Shown here piece after piece: positions 24,937 through 38,800 of a DNA stretch of 64,000 nt (position 1 is the first letter of the stretch; each line of letters begins with the position of its first letter). Both the position numbers and the translations under genes were made by a program. The notes beneath the pieces were generated by a model. The model had not been told where the DNA came from, searched no databases, and was given only the letters and a program-made list of their open reading frames with translations. This DNA is from Chrysomallon squamiferum (taxonomy: Eukaryota; Animalia; Mollusca), in the NCBI GenBank assembly GCA_012295275.1, contig CM022672.1, positions 10,850,001 to 10,914,000 of the forward strand. Reading direction: 5' to 3'.

Positions 24937-27900
24937 TTCTTTTTCCTGAAAAATTTATTTAAATTGATATTATTAAAATGTGGTTTTGAACCAGTCCAGT
25001 AAATATTTTCTTTTATTTTATAGAAATCTACTTTAAAACAAGACAGAAGACATATAATTTGTTATACAGAGTGCAAACATATACAACAATACACATGCAT
25101 AGATTGATGCAGACACACCTAGATAAAAACAAATCAAAAATTTAATTCTTGAAATTTTTGTCTGTAGTCCAAGTGTTAGGATAGTGATAAAACAAAACAT
25201 AAATTTAAAAATATATAACTATCTAAACACAAAAAGATAGTTCCCAGAAGTATATTCACTTCTGGACAGTCCTATATACACATGTGTATACTTAAATATG
25301 ACATACAATCAGATACAGATACACAGATCACATACAATTATTACTATAAACTCGAACTGAAGTAGCTAGTCAGTAATAGAAATTCTGATAATTTTGCAAG
25401 CATGGTTATGTTAATGTTTCAGGCATGTATTTATTTTAAACTTTGGTTGTTCTTTTGTTTTTCATTTTAGGATGTGTTTTTTATTCCTAATGTTTTATTT
25501 TTATTTTTTTAACACTATAGAGCAAGTTGAGTATTAGATTTGATGTTTCTTGCATTTGTTTTTATTTTTATTTTTATTTATTTGATTTGATTTATTTTTG
25601 GGCTTGTGATTCATTTCTGCAGTGTGTTTTGAGAATGTTGCGACTTGCACACATTAACTATATACCAGTTTTCATTTAGAATTATAAACTTGTCATCATT
25701 ATCATTTATATTATTTTTTTATCATTATTATTAGAAAAAGTTAGCACCTTTAGTTTCACTTTTCTCATCACCAAAATCAAGGAATAATAGTACATTAATG
25801 AGAACAAACTTGATAAATCATGCCACTGACAAAACAAATTTTAAAATTCAAAAATTCTTAAGATAAAAACCAAACAATAATAAGTGAAATAAGACGAAAA
25901 GTCCTGACTATTTGTTTCACAATATTTATTTATGTAACACTGAAAAAATAAAATATAAATAAAATTAAAATTCGAATAGTATTTTACATGTCTGGGAGTA
26001 TAGACAATGTATTTCAAAGATGTTTCTATCTTTGTAAATAATAATAATGTTGATGATTATGATGATGATGTTATTACAATGGGAACTGGTATGCAGTTTT
26101 TTCAGTTATATTATTTGCATTTCCTTTTTTAAAATAATTTTTAAGTTTAAAAAACACAAATAAATAAAAACATCAGGTTAAAAAATGGTGGAAATTTGAA
26201 AAAAAAAAAAAAGCTTACAGAAAAGTGAGACTCTTGCGATGTTTCACAAATTACATGTTAAATAAATATGTATGTATAGAAAGAATTTTTTTAATTAACA
26301 GCAGGTCAGCTGAAAAAAGGTAAGGGAAACTTTAAATCTTCCTGCTGTACAAAAACTGATTAATGCAAGTCAAAATGCCTGCCTATCTATTTTATAAACA
26401 GAAAATAATTACCTGAATCCTACACATTTTCAAATTCTTTCAAGTGTGAGAATGTGTGTGCATGTATTTTTGTGTCTGCATATGTACTGTTGGTGAAAAA
26501 GTCAATATAGAATGCAAAGCTAAAGCATGATATTAATTTTTTAAAGTATAAATTTATTATGATGATTTCAAATTTAATAGTTAATTCTTATCAAGGTTCT
26601 TTAACCCCCCCCAAAAACAGCACTTTTAAAACGGAATAAATTATTTTTAAATATTTTTATTATTAATGTTATTATTTCAAATTTTATTTCATCTAATTAT
26701 TTTTATATGCCTATTGTTCACATTTATTCTTTTGTGAAGACTGAAAAGCATGCAGATACATTTTCTGTTTGCACATTTTGTTTGCCTTGTTTTTTTTTTG
26801 TTTTTTTTCTTTACTCAGCTGACATTAATTATCTGCATGATAACTTGACATTACTGACACACAATGAGTGTCAGATTTTTACTACCATGAAAGTACAGTA
26901 CGACACCTTGAATTGTTTTCCATCATTTTACAACATCCAGTGGTCTAGCATAATTGTTATTAACTAGAATAAACATACCTATAAACTACTTACATCTGCA
27001 TGGTATTTAAGGCAGGGTAGTATATTAAAATGACTAAACAGGCCTACCAGTTTGTATATATGATTTCATATACAGCTTATACAAACAAACAGTATACAGG
27101 ATTTTATGTACATATATATAATTTTTAAAATAATTTTGTACATTAAATCAAGTTGCAGCATGCAAAGCAATCTTAAAACTAAGGTATTACTAGAAAAATA
27201 TTTCTGATTTTGGATTTTTCGGAATCTCAACCTGTATTTTGACTCTTCATTTTATAAGTAATGAATCAAATGAATTAACTCTGTAGTTAATTTAAAAAAT
27301 AAGTAAAATAAATTTATATTAATGTTAATATATGTTGCTACTTTTAATTTGCAGTATTGCATTAAATTAATTATAGATCAAATTATAAGTTGTTATATGC
27401 ATGTTAAGATACTGGATACTTAAACATTTTTTTAAAAATATTTATTTGCTTTTTATTTTGCTATGATATACTTAACATTCAATTTCCTAATTTTTAATTG
27501 ATATATAATAGGTAAATAAAATGAAGTTCAAAAAAATATGTTATCTCTGAATTACATGAATGCATGCACACATGCATATATACAACAAACTGACTGAAAG
27601 CATACAGTCTGGGATAAACTGATCTGGATAAAATGAAAAATTACATAATACACGTAGATATAAAAACCAAGCATACAAATGTTTCAAAATTAGTAATATT
27701 CCAATAATAAGAACTTAATAAATAATGATGTTGAACATTTGTTTTATATGCAGTGGTTATAGGTGCAGCTGTGGTTTGTAAAATATTTTAAATTTACAAC
27801 AAAACAAAATTACTTGTCTTCTAAATATGAATATTATTATTATTATTATGTATAAAATTATTTAAAATGAACCTGTTATTTTATATATTTTTATTTTGTT

Positions 27901-29828
27901 ATCAGAATTTATTATTTTAATTTATTAAATTATTATAAATGAATGGTTTTATAATTATTATTAATTATTACTAATAATAAATTCATTATTTATTAAATAT
28001 AATATTAATGTTGTTGTTTTCAGTTATTTAAAATGAATGTTGTTTAAATTTGCCATTAAAATAATATTGTCAAAGGTGCAGGTTTTTCAGCTTACAGATT
28101 ATAGGTTGTTGTTTTAGATTAAAAATGAAAAATGTCTATAGTTAGTATTTGTGGATAGAGCTGTTTAAAGTAATTATACTTGTATCATTTATGTTTTACA
28201 ACTAATTTTTGTTATTAATTTTTTGATTATACTTTATTTATTTATTAAAGAAAAAAAAAATTGTTTCAATTTTTAGATTAATTATTTTTTATTTTTTGTC
28301 AGTTTAACAGCTTTAATTTAAAATAAAAAATAACTAATTAATTTTTATGATAAAAAAATACAGCAAAATCACTGTGATAAACAAAACAAAAGTTCTTTAA
28401 CTGAAAACAACAGAATTATCAAATATATGTTAATGATTATTTAAACTAAATAGATTTTTTATTTCTTTTTACAAATAACATACAGTTTGAAATTCACACA
28501 CATTGTTATATTTAATGGTGTCATTAGTTCTATAAATGTTTTAAAAACAAAAAGTGAAAGACTAATGATGTAAACAGTTCATATTTTGTAAAACTAAAAT
28601 AAGAAAGCTTGCTGGGAGGGGAAGGGGGAAGAGGTAAAAAAAAGGTTAAAAAAACCCAACAACATCAAACCACAAAAATTCAAAGAAAAAGCAATTAAAC
28701 AATGAAAATGTTAGCAGAAAGGACAAAAACAAAATAGAGTAAAATGTACTTAATATTATGTTAAAATAATACATTTTGTCAAACTTTAACTATGTAGATA
28801 TATATAAGAAAATTTTAATAAATGAGCTTCATTTATTTAATTTTGTAACTGATTTTATTTTACAGACATATATTCCTCTTTGACAAAGTGATGTTAATGT
28901 GCAAGGCCAGGGTAAGTCTAATAATTATTTTTATACAAATATATTTTTTATTTCATTCAGTCTTTATTACTTACAAATGCACTATTTTTTTTATTTTTTA
29001 TTCATTTTATTAACTGCATAATATTTCATGCTTTCTTAGATTTAAAAGTATTTAATTTTCTTTTTTTTAAAACTAAATTTTATCTAATTTGCATACTTTA
29101 TGTACATGTTGATCTTTTTTATTTGCTGTTGAAGAAAATTGCCATTTTTAAAATTACAAGTTCAGTTTTAATATAGATGTGGTAGTTTGCATAATTTTAA
29201 ATATTTCCTGATTATTGTCTGTAACAGTTAAATGTGCAAGTAGATTTTAATTTTTCAAAGTTTATTTTATTTTATAGATAGATAGTTGTATTTTTAACTC
29301 TTTTATTACATATGTATGTTATAAAAGAAGAGATTTTCAACATAATCACATAGTAGATATCTTTCATATCTAACACTTGTTTTATCTGTGATATTTTTTT
29401 GTTCATTCATCTAGTTGTGAATTTTTTTTTGTTTGTTTTTTTTTTAAATTTATTTTAGATGTTCCAATAGGGACATTAGTGATTATATTAATGTACAATT
29501 TATTTATTTTTTTTAATTAATTTTTGTATTTTAGTATTGTTTTTTCTTTCATATTTGTAACCCCTTTTTCTGGATAGGTCTTCTTTTTTCTTTTTTTAAC
29601 TAAAAACTGTTTGTCCTTTAAAAATATTTTAAACAAGCTAGAAATGATTTTTAAATACAAACATTAAGCAAATATTTTCATAATTTTCTTTCAAAAGGTA
29701 TTTGCAAATTTTTCTATTTTGAATTTTGCTTTATTCTTAATAATTTAAATAATGTGTGACATGTCACTTCGTGTCTGTTTTCAGTTTTATAAATATTTTT
29801 ATTCTGAAATTTTTATTATTAGTAGTAC

Positions 29829-29895
<67 letters not shown>

Positions 29896-32800
29896 TTAAT
29901 TGCATTCCAGGAAAAGGGGTTGTTTATGTTCCCATTATTAGATTATACCTCATGTGAAGTTTTCAACTGCAAAATAAATTTTAAAAATATTTTGAATTTA
30001 TGGCAGTCATTTATATCGTATTCTTTTTTTTTTTATTTATTTTATTGTGTATATATTTGTCTCTTTTAAGACCTCTCTTTCTTTCTAAAAACCTGAATTA
30101 ATTTATAACAATTTTTATTTTGTTTTTTTATTTTTAATTAATTTATTATTATTATTAATATTATTAATATTATTGTTATTATTATTATTATTATTTTTAT
30201 TTTTTATATTTTTGTTTTAACTGTAGTATAAAATTCCTATTTGACAGATAAATATTGGTATTTAAAACGAAGTAATGTAGAAAACAGATACTAAAAATAT
30301 ATTATGTGTTTAAACAAACATTTTTCATTTAATTTTTATAATTATAATTATTATTGTTATTATTATTATTATTTTTATATTAATTATTAACATTTTATTA
30401 TTTATTTGTTGGCATTTTTCATTCAGACTATACCTGATTTTTAAACAAATTGTGAAAACATTGTCTCTATAATAAAAATTACTGCCAGCAGTTGAAAAAC
30501 TCACTGCAGAGGTTTTTGTAGATTTTCAGAAATGTCCCTTTGTATCACATTTTTTGTCATCATTGTCTTTTGTGCATTCCTTGCTTAGATGGTGGAAAAG
30601 TTGCTTTGGGTAAGATATTGTATCCAGATAATTTTTTGTTATTTATTATTATCATTTTTATTTTTATTTTTATTTTGTTTTCATCATTTCCAAAACAACT
30701 CCCAGTAATTGATAGTAAAATGCACCTGTTAATATACTGGCCATCTTGCATCAAAGCATGAAGTAGTTAATATACTGTGTATAGCATGACTTGATATTGT
30801 AACTTGTTGTGTGTTTGTTATAATATTTACACAAGTCTTTTTAAATTATATTTCCATTTGTTTCAGAGTAATTTAATTACAAGTATTTTACTCCTTTGAA
30901 TTAAATAAATATTTTCAGGTTCTTTTGACTGTTAAATATAATTAAAGGACATGAAAATCTTCAGATTTCAAATGTAAATCAGCTAAACACTAAATGAATC
31001 TTTTCACTGGTACTCCATTCAGTTCATTAGTATTAAACATTGTATCAAATGTTTTGAGAAATTTTCCATCAGTAAATAAAAACTCTCTACAAAAGTAATT
31101 TTTTAAAACAATATAAAAATAATGAAGTGTTTGTTCCAGTATAATTTTTTAACCAGAAATGCTTTCCAGAGATATTGTAACATTACTTAATATTTTTTTT
31201 TTTTTTTTTTTTTTTGGCCTTGAAATAAACACATCAAAAAATAATAATACAACAAAAAAATAAAATAAAAAATATAGTGATGGTGGTGATAATAATTATA
31301 ATAATAATTAAAGTTAAAATGTTCTTTTTTAACCTTACATAGTATATATTTTTTATTATTATTTAACATTATCAGAATTTGTTTTATAAACTGTATATTT
31401 GTAATTTCTGGTTTGTGCAAAAAATATTAATGTCATTTTATATTTTAATTCCAATAGTTTCAAAGTGTTATTAAAATATCATGACCGGTTAGGTTATGTT
31501 ATTACATGTATTTAATTTTCTAATCAATTAAAAACTAATAATATATCAAAATTATATTCTGTGGGTAATCATTAAAATTTGTATTTACTAAAAACTAAGA
31601 AAGCATGAATATTTAATTACATTATCTGTCAGGTTATTAAATAATGAACATTTTGATAATTGATTAAATGGATCGGACTATATAAAACAACTTTTTAGAT
31701 ATTGTACAAAATACTCATTAAATAAATTTCAAAAAACAACTCCTTACATATTTTTTAAAACACTTACTGACATCAGTGATATCAAATAAATGTTAAAATT
31801 AAACAAAACAGAGTGTACTTTTTTTCTGAATTCTAATTCACATATAACAGATAGTTTTTAAAAGATAAATGTATATAAATTATGTGTGAAAACGGTGAGT
31901 TAAATTTCAATATAATGTTTTGATGTTTGCTGTTACATACACATCTGCATCGTGTACAATATCAAGGTAATAGTTTATTGCTGTTTTTGAACTGATCCCA
32001 TTTGGAATTCCTTTTAAATTCAGATGTGTTTTAGAATTTCCTAACACACATCATCCAAGCAAAACAAAACAAAACATCACAAGATTGTATCCAGAAGTAA
32101 CCAGAATTCACCAGCACACAATTACAGACAAATTCAAATGTTAAAAGATACAAATTTTGTCTCTTATTCTCACTTTCCCCGTCTCCTCTCTTTACCTTTT
32201 AGCTTGTCCTTTAGACTTAGATGTGTTTCTGCTTGATTAAATTTTATTATAATTAAATGACAGTAGATGATTAATTTTAGGCATTAAATTATAAATACAT
32301 GTAAGTTATTGAGAATTATTTTTTTGTTTATTTCAAACAATGGAAAAGTAGGATTTATGTTGTTTATTTAAAAGGGATGTCTGTTTATAAATTATTATTT
32401 GTTGGTTACTACAGCACAAGCATTTTACAAGATGTATAAAATTACAAGACATGTTTATATCATACAACTTAATATAAAGTGAAAATGTTTGATCTTCTAC
32501 AAAAAGTTTGAAAAACTGAAAAGTATTTCGGATAGCTATCATGTGCAACAAGTCAACTCTCTATATATACGCACTTGGGTGTGTGTATGTATGTATGTAT
32601 ATGTATGCATATATGTATAATTATTATTATTATTATTATTATTATTTTTAAATATAATTTAAATATTATAATTTAAAAATACAAATCATGCCTTGAAACC
32701 GTTTTTTATAATTCAGCAATATAAGAAACAAATATAATTTCTAACTGGACAATTGTGTGTGTGTGTGTGTGTGTGTGTGTACACATTCAATTGATAAGTA

Positions 32801-35800
32801 ATGAAAGGTTTTCATTAAAATATTTATGAAGATTATCTTTTTCTGCAAGGTGCTTGATCTAATTTATTGTTTCAGGCTCCTGATAAAAAGTTGAAAGATG
32901 TAAGTCATTTTCCATGGCTCATCCTCATCAATTAAATCAAAGTTTAATAAATACTTTGTTTTAATTACATTTTTTATTATGGATAAGGAACTGACCTTTT
33001 AGATACCATTTTTTACTATTAACTGTTTTATTCTTTTTTTCTGGCAATTATTTTATTAACACTTGTTTAAAGTTTGTCTTTATTGTTTTTTGTGATTATA
33101 GATTTATAGTTATTTAGAATATATTTTTAAGAATTTGATGAAAATAAGAATTTTATTCAGTAATGCATAATCAACTTTTCCAATCTGTTAAATAAATAAT
33201 CATTGCTGATTCATTTTAAATCTCTGTTTAAAATTTATTTTGTGGTAAATTTCAAAATTGAATATTTGATCTTCGATCATTATAAAGTTAAAATGTAATC
33301 AGAACATTTGTTATTGTTTTATAAAGGAATGTCTACTTACATTAGTGTAAGAAGTTATTAGTGAGGTGACAGAAGATTTGCAAATAGTTGTTTAAATCAG
33401 CAGTTTAATATGTTTAGTGAAACTGAACAAAATAAGTTTTTAAAGAGGAGTAGTTCGTAAACAAGAAATATGTTAATAATTGAATACACATTTAATAATG
33501 ACCTTAGCAGAGTAAATGATCACTCCTTAATTAACTCTCATTGATTTTTAACTTTCAGTTCAGTGATCATTCTTAATCTGAAACATATTCTTTTAAAAGG
33601 TACAAGATGCATTATTCCTTTTCTTGTTAGACTCACCAACACATTTAATCTTTCTTTTTTGAAGAAGAAGAAGAAGAAAATAGGCATTTACTAAATAAGA
33701 AATTAATTAATAACTGACTGTTAGTTTTCATTTGTGTGACTTTCTATAAAATTATTTTTAAAATTAAAAGATAGGTTATTCATTCTTCTGTAAGATAACA
33801 AACACATTTAAATTTTTTTTTTAAAAGATGAAAAAAAGACATTTTCTATACAAGAAGAATTAAATTAATATTTGATTATGCATTTATTAGCAAGCTTAGT
33901 AGAATAAATTTTGACTTGTATCAGTTTTCAGTTGTGCAACTCCTATCTGCAGAATGCTTTTGAAAGACAGAAGATGCATTATTTACTTTCTTGCCAGTAT
34001 TACCAATATATGTTTAATTTTTTAGAAAAAGTAAAAAGCCATTTTCTAAACTAGAAATAAATTAATAACTGAATATGCTTTTAAACATTACAGGGAATGT
34101 GCTTTTTGTTCCCAATTTTAAACTCAAATCAATTTTCCATTTTGAGCTGGCTGAGTCATAATCTTGTAACGTTCATTTGAAAAAATGCAGTTATTTTATC
34201 ATTATGCTGATAGAATCACCAACATACATACATACATTTATTTTATTCCACTTTCCTTTCATTATGACTTGTGGAAAACTGGGTGTAGTGTATCAGTTGG
34301 GGAAAAAAAATTGATAAAATAATTAATTATCTGAATATATAATTTCTTAAGCTATTCTTTATCACGGTAAATGATGGGTTATGCAGATATATTTAATTGT
34401 TTGTTTTTGATATTCAAGCATGTCGCCCACATTTTTGGCTTATAGGTAACATTTGATCTGAAGCAGTGCTATGCCACATGGGAATTTAGTTACATTACTG
34501 CTTTTCTAATGTGGTTGTTGTAACTTTACTGAAATTCTTATTACAATTTATATTATTACTATATGACTAACTACAGTTTTGTTTGAATTTTTAATTTATT
34601 TTAATTATTAATTAGAAGAAAATAAGATGTAAAAGGTGATTATAAAAATTTGTTTGGACTAAAATTGTTTTATAATGCATGACAGATTTATTCAAATATA
34701 TTTGTAATGATATTATTTAATATCCTTATTTGGTTTACTAATGTTCATTAACCTTATTTTATGTTATTTTTTAAATTTAACTAACAGTGAGAACTGATTT
34801 TTAATGAAAAATTTATTAAAAAACTCAGATGTGTATGATTTGTTCAAATCTGCCATTATTGTTTATAAAATGTATATATGTATCTTATCAGTTTCCTTCA
34901 GTTTAAATTAATCTTATTTTATGTTTAAGTATTAATTTCATTCAGGTAAATTACTGATTATACACGAAATATATTTAGTGCTGAGCTTATAAATAATTTC
35001 TTATTTGGTTATGAAATATATTTTTCAGATTATGATTTTATATGTTCTAGAAAAGCTTGATAATAATTATAAGCTCCATGTTTGTAAATTCCTCCATTGT
35101 TGCATCATGCAAATTAGTTCCCCATTTTGTTTTTATGTTGCTTTCAGTATTTCATAATTATTTAAAAATCAAACATTAAAGATTGATTTTGTTTTAGTAG
35201 ATTAAAAAAGAAAAGAAAATATTTAAGAAGACTACACACAGGTGGTTTTCATTTGTAAACAAACAAAACAAAAACAAAAAAATTATCCCCAGTTTATCTG
35301 ATTCAAAAGGAATTCCTTCAATGGAAAGTTCTCTGGGTATTCTGAGTGTTCAGTGTGTAAAAAGAAAAACTGAAAGAAGATTGTTTAACATTGAGACAAA
35401 AAGGCAACAAGCATGTAGTATAAAGAATATCATATATTTTTTTTCAAATAGACTGACAGTGAGAGGGATATAATCATTTCATTATGTCATTGATATATAC
35501 AGCTGAATATTAATTAAAAGTTAAGTTTAAACAATTGTTTATGATGATTCTTGAAAGATGAGACAAATTCATCCAATCAGATATAATTATTTCAGTATTG
35601 TCACTGATACATACAACAAAATATTCAGTAATTGTAAGTTAAGTTTAAATAATTGCTCATCTTAGAAGATAAGAAAATTCTTTCAGAAATTATAATTTTA
35701 TCAGTATTGTCACTGACATATACAACTTAATATTTAGTCATTACAAGCTGAAATAATTGTTTATCTTGGAAGGTAAGAAAATTCAGAGATGTATAATTTA

Positions 35801-38800
35801 ATACTGTCACTGATATATACAATTTAATATTTAATATTTAATAATTATAAGTATAAATAATTATTTATCTTAGAAGATAAGAAAATTCTTTCAGAAATTA
35901 TAATACTATCAGTACTGTCACTGACATATACAACTTAATATTTATTCATTACAAGTTGAAATAATTGTTTATCTTGGAAGGTAAGAAAATTCAGAGAGGT
36001 ATAATTCAGTATTGTCACTGATATATAGAATTTAATATTTAATATTTAATAATTATAAGTATAAATAATTGTTTACCTTGAAAGATAAGAATATTCATTC
36101 AGAGATATATTATTGATATATACTACAACTTAATAATTAAAAGTTAAGTTTAAATAATTGTTTATGATAGTGTATGTTGATTCTTGAAAAAAATAATACA
36201 TATTAACTCATTTTAAAAAACCAACTGCAAAATTCTTAAAAACTGAAATAATGATACCTATTGTTATTTGTAATATCATCAAAAAACTTTGTGAAAAATT
36301 ATTTAAATTAAAAAAGAAACAGAAAAAGAATGGCTTGATCTGAGGGGTTTTAATTTTTATTAATGATGTGATTACCTAATTTGTTTATTTTTGCAGGGTG
36401 ACACATACAGTTTTAAGGATGCTATTGTCCTGGGTGAATACAAAGTGGATGAAAAAGCAGCAAATGCTAACGAAAAAAGAGCTGATAAGGTAATTTTACA
36501 CCGGATAAATAATGTCACTGACATAACCTGTTTATCAGAATCTCAAATTATGGCTTATGTGAAAACAGAAATCTAAAGAGACACATTTATACCAACTCTG
36601 AATGCAATATCTTGATGAATTTTACATCCTGAAACTCTGAAAAGCTTCTTTGTTTATTTTTCTGTGAGTAAAATTAAAATGTATTAGGCATTGGACTGAT
36701 TTATCTGTTACTGGACATAAGAAAAATAATAATAATATATGGTTAATTTTTTATTTTGTTCTTATCTGTTTTCTTTTGTAAGTTGTGTTTTTAATATAAA
36801 CTGTTTTTGCTTACAGTGGAATTGTCCATTTATCATGGTGCAAAAAAACCAACAAATGGCATACACATTTTATGCAAAAACAGAAGAAGTGAGAATCAAA
36901 TGGGTAGAGGCTATTAACATGGCACTGTAAGTCAGTCTGTATATGTGTTACACATTATAAATTAGTTTTAAACAAACATTCTATTGTACAAAATGAAGAA
37001 TTGATCAGTTTTTATATTCACATTTACTATTTATTTTAGTTTTGCTCCTTGTTGTTGTTTTATTATTATTACTACTACTACTACTACTACTACTACTATA
37101 TTGTTATTATTTTTTTAAATAAATATCTCTTTCTTTCTGTTTTTGTGTATATTTTAATATTATTTTCTTAATTTAAGTTTAGTTATTTTTTTTTAACTGA
37201 TAAAATTGTAATTGATTTATTTTTTTTCAATTATTTGCAGTGATAACACTCAACCTCAGGCTGGTCCAAATTTTGTAATGCAGACTTTTGATAAACCAAC
37301 TGAATGTGATGTGTGTGGAAAGTTACTGAGGTAGGAAGGTTATAAATTAAAATTATACAGGTTACTTTGTGTCAAATTTATTTATAATTAATCTCATTAT
37401 AAGTACTGTAGGAATCTTTTTAGCATTTAGTACTTCCAGTATTTGGTTACAAATAACTTCATTTAGCTGCTGAAATAATTACTATGTTTAGGGAATAAAA
37501 TTAGTAGATAAATCTATATTTACATTTTTAATAAATTATTATTTTATACATACGTACAACAAATTAGAGAGGTGCTTAATTATGATTTCTGTATAAAAGT
37601 GGCAAGATATTTTTTTTTTTTTTTTTTTTGCAATCTTTAAAACTGATTTTTGATTTTAAACTGAATTAGAAATTCCTTATAACTTCATTTAAAACTAATG
37701 CATATGGAAAATTGTGTATTTTAGAAATATTTCTGCCAAACAAAGCTGCAGTATTGTTATTTTAAGTTTAAAATTCCAGTTATTAAATTATATTATTATA
37801 ATCATTTTTTTTTTCTTTTTTTTTTTTTAGGGATCTTCTTTCAAGGTTACATGTGCCAAGGTAAGTATTATAATATTTCAGTTAGTATCCTTTTTAATTA
37901 ATTAACTTTTTTTTCATTATTATTGGATAATAAAAACATAAATAAATGTATATGGTATTTTTATAATATTAATATTTTTTTTTACATTTCAGACACCAAG
38001 AAAGCTGTTCATAAGGAATGTATTGGAAAGCCAAAACAAGGTAAGTGTTTTCAAGTAAAAAAATCCAACAAAAAAAACAACAACATTAAAACTTTAGTTA
38101 GAAAGAATTAAAATTATCAATAACTGAACAAGAATTCTTTTATTTTCGTGAATAGCGAATGAATGTAACATTAATTTCAGTAACTTAATGGAAACTTCAT
38201 GTTATTTCAACGTGACCAAGTTGATTATTTTATGAATGTAAAGTAATTTATGATCTTTTAATCTTTTATTTTTCAGATAGAATGCATCACAGAGGAACAG
38301 TACAGAGTAAGTTAAAACTACTTTTCTTTCCTGTAATCTTAGGTACAGGACCAAACTTTTTAGCTTATGCATTTCTTTCATCATGATTTCTTTGTTTTAT
38401 TATTATTATTATTATTTTCTTAATTTGTTTATTTCACAATTTTTATTATTGTTATTATTATTATTACTGTTGTTGTTATTATTATTATTATCATCATCAT
38501 CATCATTATTATTATTTTTTTTAGTTCCAAAATTTTAGAGAGATACTAAATTACTTTACTCTAATTATAGAAGCAAAAGCCTGCAAGTCATATCAAGGTT
38601 CTCCGACACCCAATGGTCATAAGCCTCTGAAATTCAAAGTGGGTGAAGTCATAGAAGTGCTTGACCAGACTGGAGATTGGTGGAAAGTAAGTACTGATAA
38701 AATCATAAATCCTCAAGTTCATGAATATAATAATAAAAGCAATATATTAAAAAATAATAATAAAAATTTTAAAAAAAGATCTGTAGTCCTGTAGATAAAT

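Noticed and set aside
29752-30069. 105-aa ORF with poly-Ile; similarly the Phe/Ile/Tyr/Leu-rich ORFs at 19079, 21347, 31187, 49943, 59743
   Set aside because: Translations of (ATT)n, (TTTA)n and poly-T intronic sequence, not membrane proteins.
34930-34951. TTTCATTCAG|GTAAAT resembling a recursive splice site
   Set aside because: The intron is only 7.5 kb and such motifs arise by chance in AT-rich DNA; no further support.
38281-38306. Alternative TAG acceptor giving ...[11 protein letters not shown], which would restore the last C1 cysteine
   Set aside because: It ends in phase 0 while the next SH3 exon needs phase 1; only the CAG acceptor at 38276 keeps the frame.
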